A stretch of 64,000 nt of DNA from positions 372,001-436,000 of the forward strand of contig MU008185.1 in NCBI GenBank assembly GCA_010909165.1, read 5' to 3'. Made by a program: the position numbers and the translations under genes. The notes under the pieces are model-generated. The model worked only from the letters and a program-made list of their open reading frames with translations, was not told the origin of the DNA and ran no database searches. Numbering within the stretch: position 1 is the stretch's first letter; each line of letters starts with the position of its first letter. Origin of the DNA: Anthoceros angustus. Lineage: Eukaryota > Plantae > Anthocerotophyta. Of this stretch, positions 61,320 through 64,000 are shown in pieces.

Positions 61320-63902
61320 TGGATAAATTGAAAACTAGAAGATCCACCATACATTTGTAGTGGTCCTTCATGGAGGTGATCTCATACTTGTCTGCTTGTA
61401 GCCTCAAAGCACTCCCCCATGCCTTTGTAGTGGTCCTTCATGGGGGATGATTCCATAATGTCTGCTCATAGCCTCAAAGCACTCCCGCCCTTTTCCACTA
61501 GACCCGCAGGACTACAGACTGTGAGCACGCTGAGGAATGTGATTGTCAACTGGCCGTACACTAGCCTCTCTCATTCTCCGAACCGTATCAAAGGCCACTT
61601 CACCGTCTCCTTGACAGGTATAGCCTGCACTATGTGCGTTCTAGGCGATGATATCTCTCTTGGGCAGGGCAGCGGGTCAAACCACTGCCGTGCATCAAGC
61701 ATGCTGCCACACTTTCCCCACATATTAATCAAACTGCAGGCTACAAAGACATCAGCTTCAAACCCTTGTTCTGCAATCTGAGCATGTAACTGCCTTCCTA
61801 GACTGTTAGCTGCCACATTTGGGCATGCCTGCAGAATCCACACAAACTTGGAAGAATTGGGTCCAGAGATGCCTTCTTCTTGCATAGCACTGTAGAAACG
61901 AAGGGCTTCATGCCCCATGGTCTGCCTACTGGGCATATCCAGCAACGATGGCAGTCCAAGTCACCACAGCTTTGTGACCAAGTCCATCAGACGCTCTCTG
62001 AGCCTCCTACAAGCTGGCACACTTTGCACACATGTTCATCGAACTGCTGTCTACAAACACATCTTGCTGTCCTCTTCCTCTGATTTGTGCATGAAGATGC
62101 TTCCCCATCTCCAAGGCCACAAAACCAACACTGGAACATGCCTGCAGGAGGAACAGCAATGTATCGATGCAGTTATGTATGTTACATTATCCGGTATACA
62201 GATGCATTCTTCCTGCATAGCACTACAGAGAATCAGGGCTTCCTGCCTTTTTCCCTGCTGCAAATATCCTGCCATCATGGCAGTCCACGTCAGCACATCC
62301 TTGTGACCGAGGCTATCGAACACTATCCCAGCATCATTCAAGATGCTGCCGCACTCAGCATACATGTTCACTAGACTGTTGGCTACAAACACATCAGCTT
62401 GGTGCTCTCGCTCTCTAATTTTCAGATGAAAATGCCTCCCCATCTCCAAGGCCGAGGTGCCCCCATCCTGCTCCATGCCCTGCTGCTATCATGGCAGTCC
62501 ATGCTACCTCATTTTTTTGACCAAGTCCGTTTAAAACTCTCTCAGCATCTTCCATCTTCTACTTTGCATACACATTCACCAAACTACTAACGAAAACCTC
62601 GTCACCTTCCTGCCCAGTGCTCTAATCTGCGTATGGAGATGCCTGACCTTCGCCAACACCAGGGTGCCCGCACTTGCACATGCCTAAAAGAGGCCATGCC
62701 CTGCTGGGACTATCCTGCTATCACGGTGGTCCACGAGCAAGTCCATCAAACATCGTTTGTGCATCTTCAAAGCTACCACACTTTGCATACATGTTCACCA
62801 AACTGTTGGCTACAAACACATCAGCTTGATGTCCAAGATCTCTGACTAGCATATGCAGCTGCTTTCCCATGTCCAAAGCCAGGAACCCCACATTCACACA
62901 TGCCTGCAGCAAAGCACACAAAGGTCACCAGATTTGGCACAGTCAGGCCTTCATCCTGCAGACCCCTGTAGAGGTGGAGGGCTTCCTGCCCCATCCCCTG
63001 CTGAGAGTATCGTGCCATCATGGCAGTCCACATAATCACATCTTTGCAACCAAGTCCATCAAACATTCTGTGCACACATTCCAAGCTGCCACACTTTGCA
63101 TACATGTTCACCAATTGCGGGCTACAACCACATCTTCATAACCTCGTTCTCTAATATGCACATGAAGCTGCTTCCCCTTCTCCAGCGCTTGGGCCCCCAC
63201 ATTTGCACACCCCTGCAAGAGGCTGACAAATGTAACGAAGCTGGGTACAGCCATGCCTCCCTCTTGCACAGCAGTGTAGAGACGAAAGGCTTCCAGTCCC
63301 CTGCCATGCTGAACATACCCTGCCATCATGTCTTTCGACGTCACCACATCTTTCTGACCGCAGCCTGAGCATGCTCCCTTGCCACACTTCACATACATAT
63401 CCACCAGGCAACTAGAAAGAAACAAATCAGGTTCGACACAGTAAGCCAACACACCAGCATGCACCTGCTGTCCAGATTTCAAGTCTGCACCCCTTGCACC
63501 AGCCTGAAGGGCTGCCTCAAACACAAGCCCGTCTGGGGTAACATCGGACATGGTCATGGCATGATGAAGCTGTATGGGCTGCTTGTCTTGTCCGCGTCTA
63601 ACATGCGCAGAAATTATGGACGACCCCATGAAGGCATGGGTTGGCAACGGCAGCCGACATATGCATTGCCTCTCGCAACCTGCCATGAGAAGCATACACC
63701 CGCATGATGTGGTTGCACACGAACGTGTCCGACTGGTAGCCCGTTTTGACAGCAAAAGAATGAACCCAGCGACCGAGAACGAGGTCTTTGTCCACCATAC
63801 AACACTTAAGTGACGTAAAAAAGAGAGACTTGAAAACACAACCCTCTGCCTGCACAAAAATTCCAAACGCCTCAACAGCCTCACTAAGATGGCCCCTGAC
63901 AA
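61320..63902 (-). pseudogene. PLS-class PPR gene 2 (frameshifted as assembled; ends after the L2/S2-type motifs)
   Basis: Repeated DVFVANSLVNMYAKCGS, DVIMWTAMMARY and VTFVSLLQGC motifs. Terminal CFEAMSRHYGI..MKDHYKCMVDLL with a ~70-bp tandem duplication (61354-61487). Confidence 0.85.
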
Positions 63903-64000
63903 CGCAGCTCGCTCACGGTGTCAGCCGTTACGCTCCCTTTGCATCCTGTAGGCCTGACAGAGTCAACATCATCCGGCAAGCTCCAGTGGCAAAGGGAGGC

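Overview
Eukaryotic, repeat-rich nuclear DNA from a non-seed land plant, probably a bryophyte (inferred from PLS-class PPR genes, TORNADO1-like ROCO genes and a 5S fragment resembling the bryophyte variant as I recall it). Single-base indels are pervasive, mostly in homopolymers, so nearly every gene is frameshifted; much of this is probably long-read consensus error, and protein models below were rebuilt by eye across frames. The main feature is two near-identical direct copies (329-9019 and 14888-23691) of a spliced ~8.8-kb gene. It encodes four ~1.31-kb RNI-like LRR modules, a Roc GTPase, a TORNADO1-type COR region and a C-terminal caspase domain. That domain has metazoan-caspase-style motifs (RPGGAVD, CINAHG, KPKVFLINACRG, STSHGQQSFRDVEKGTNFI, STLTKKL) rather than metacaspase motifs, which suggests an NLR/inflammasome-like receptor-protease. 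The rest of the window holds two PLS PPR genes, two F-box paralogs, a decayed Ty3/Gypsy element, an intron-containing Sola/DUF7869-like transposase with a MITE in its intron, LINE fragments, a 5S rRNA fragment, several unknown ORF remnants, and many tandem or templated duplications bounded by microhomology.
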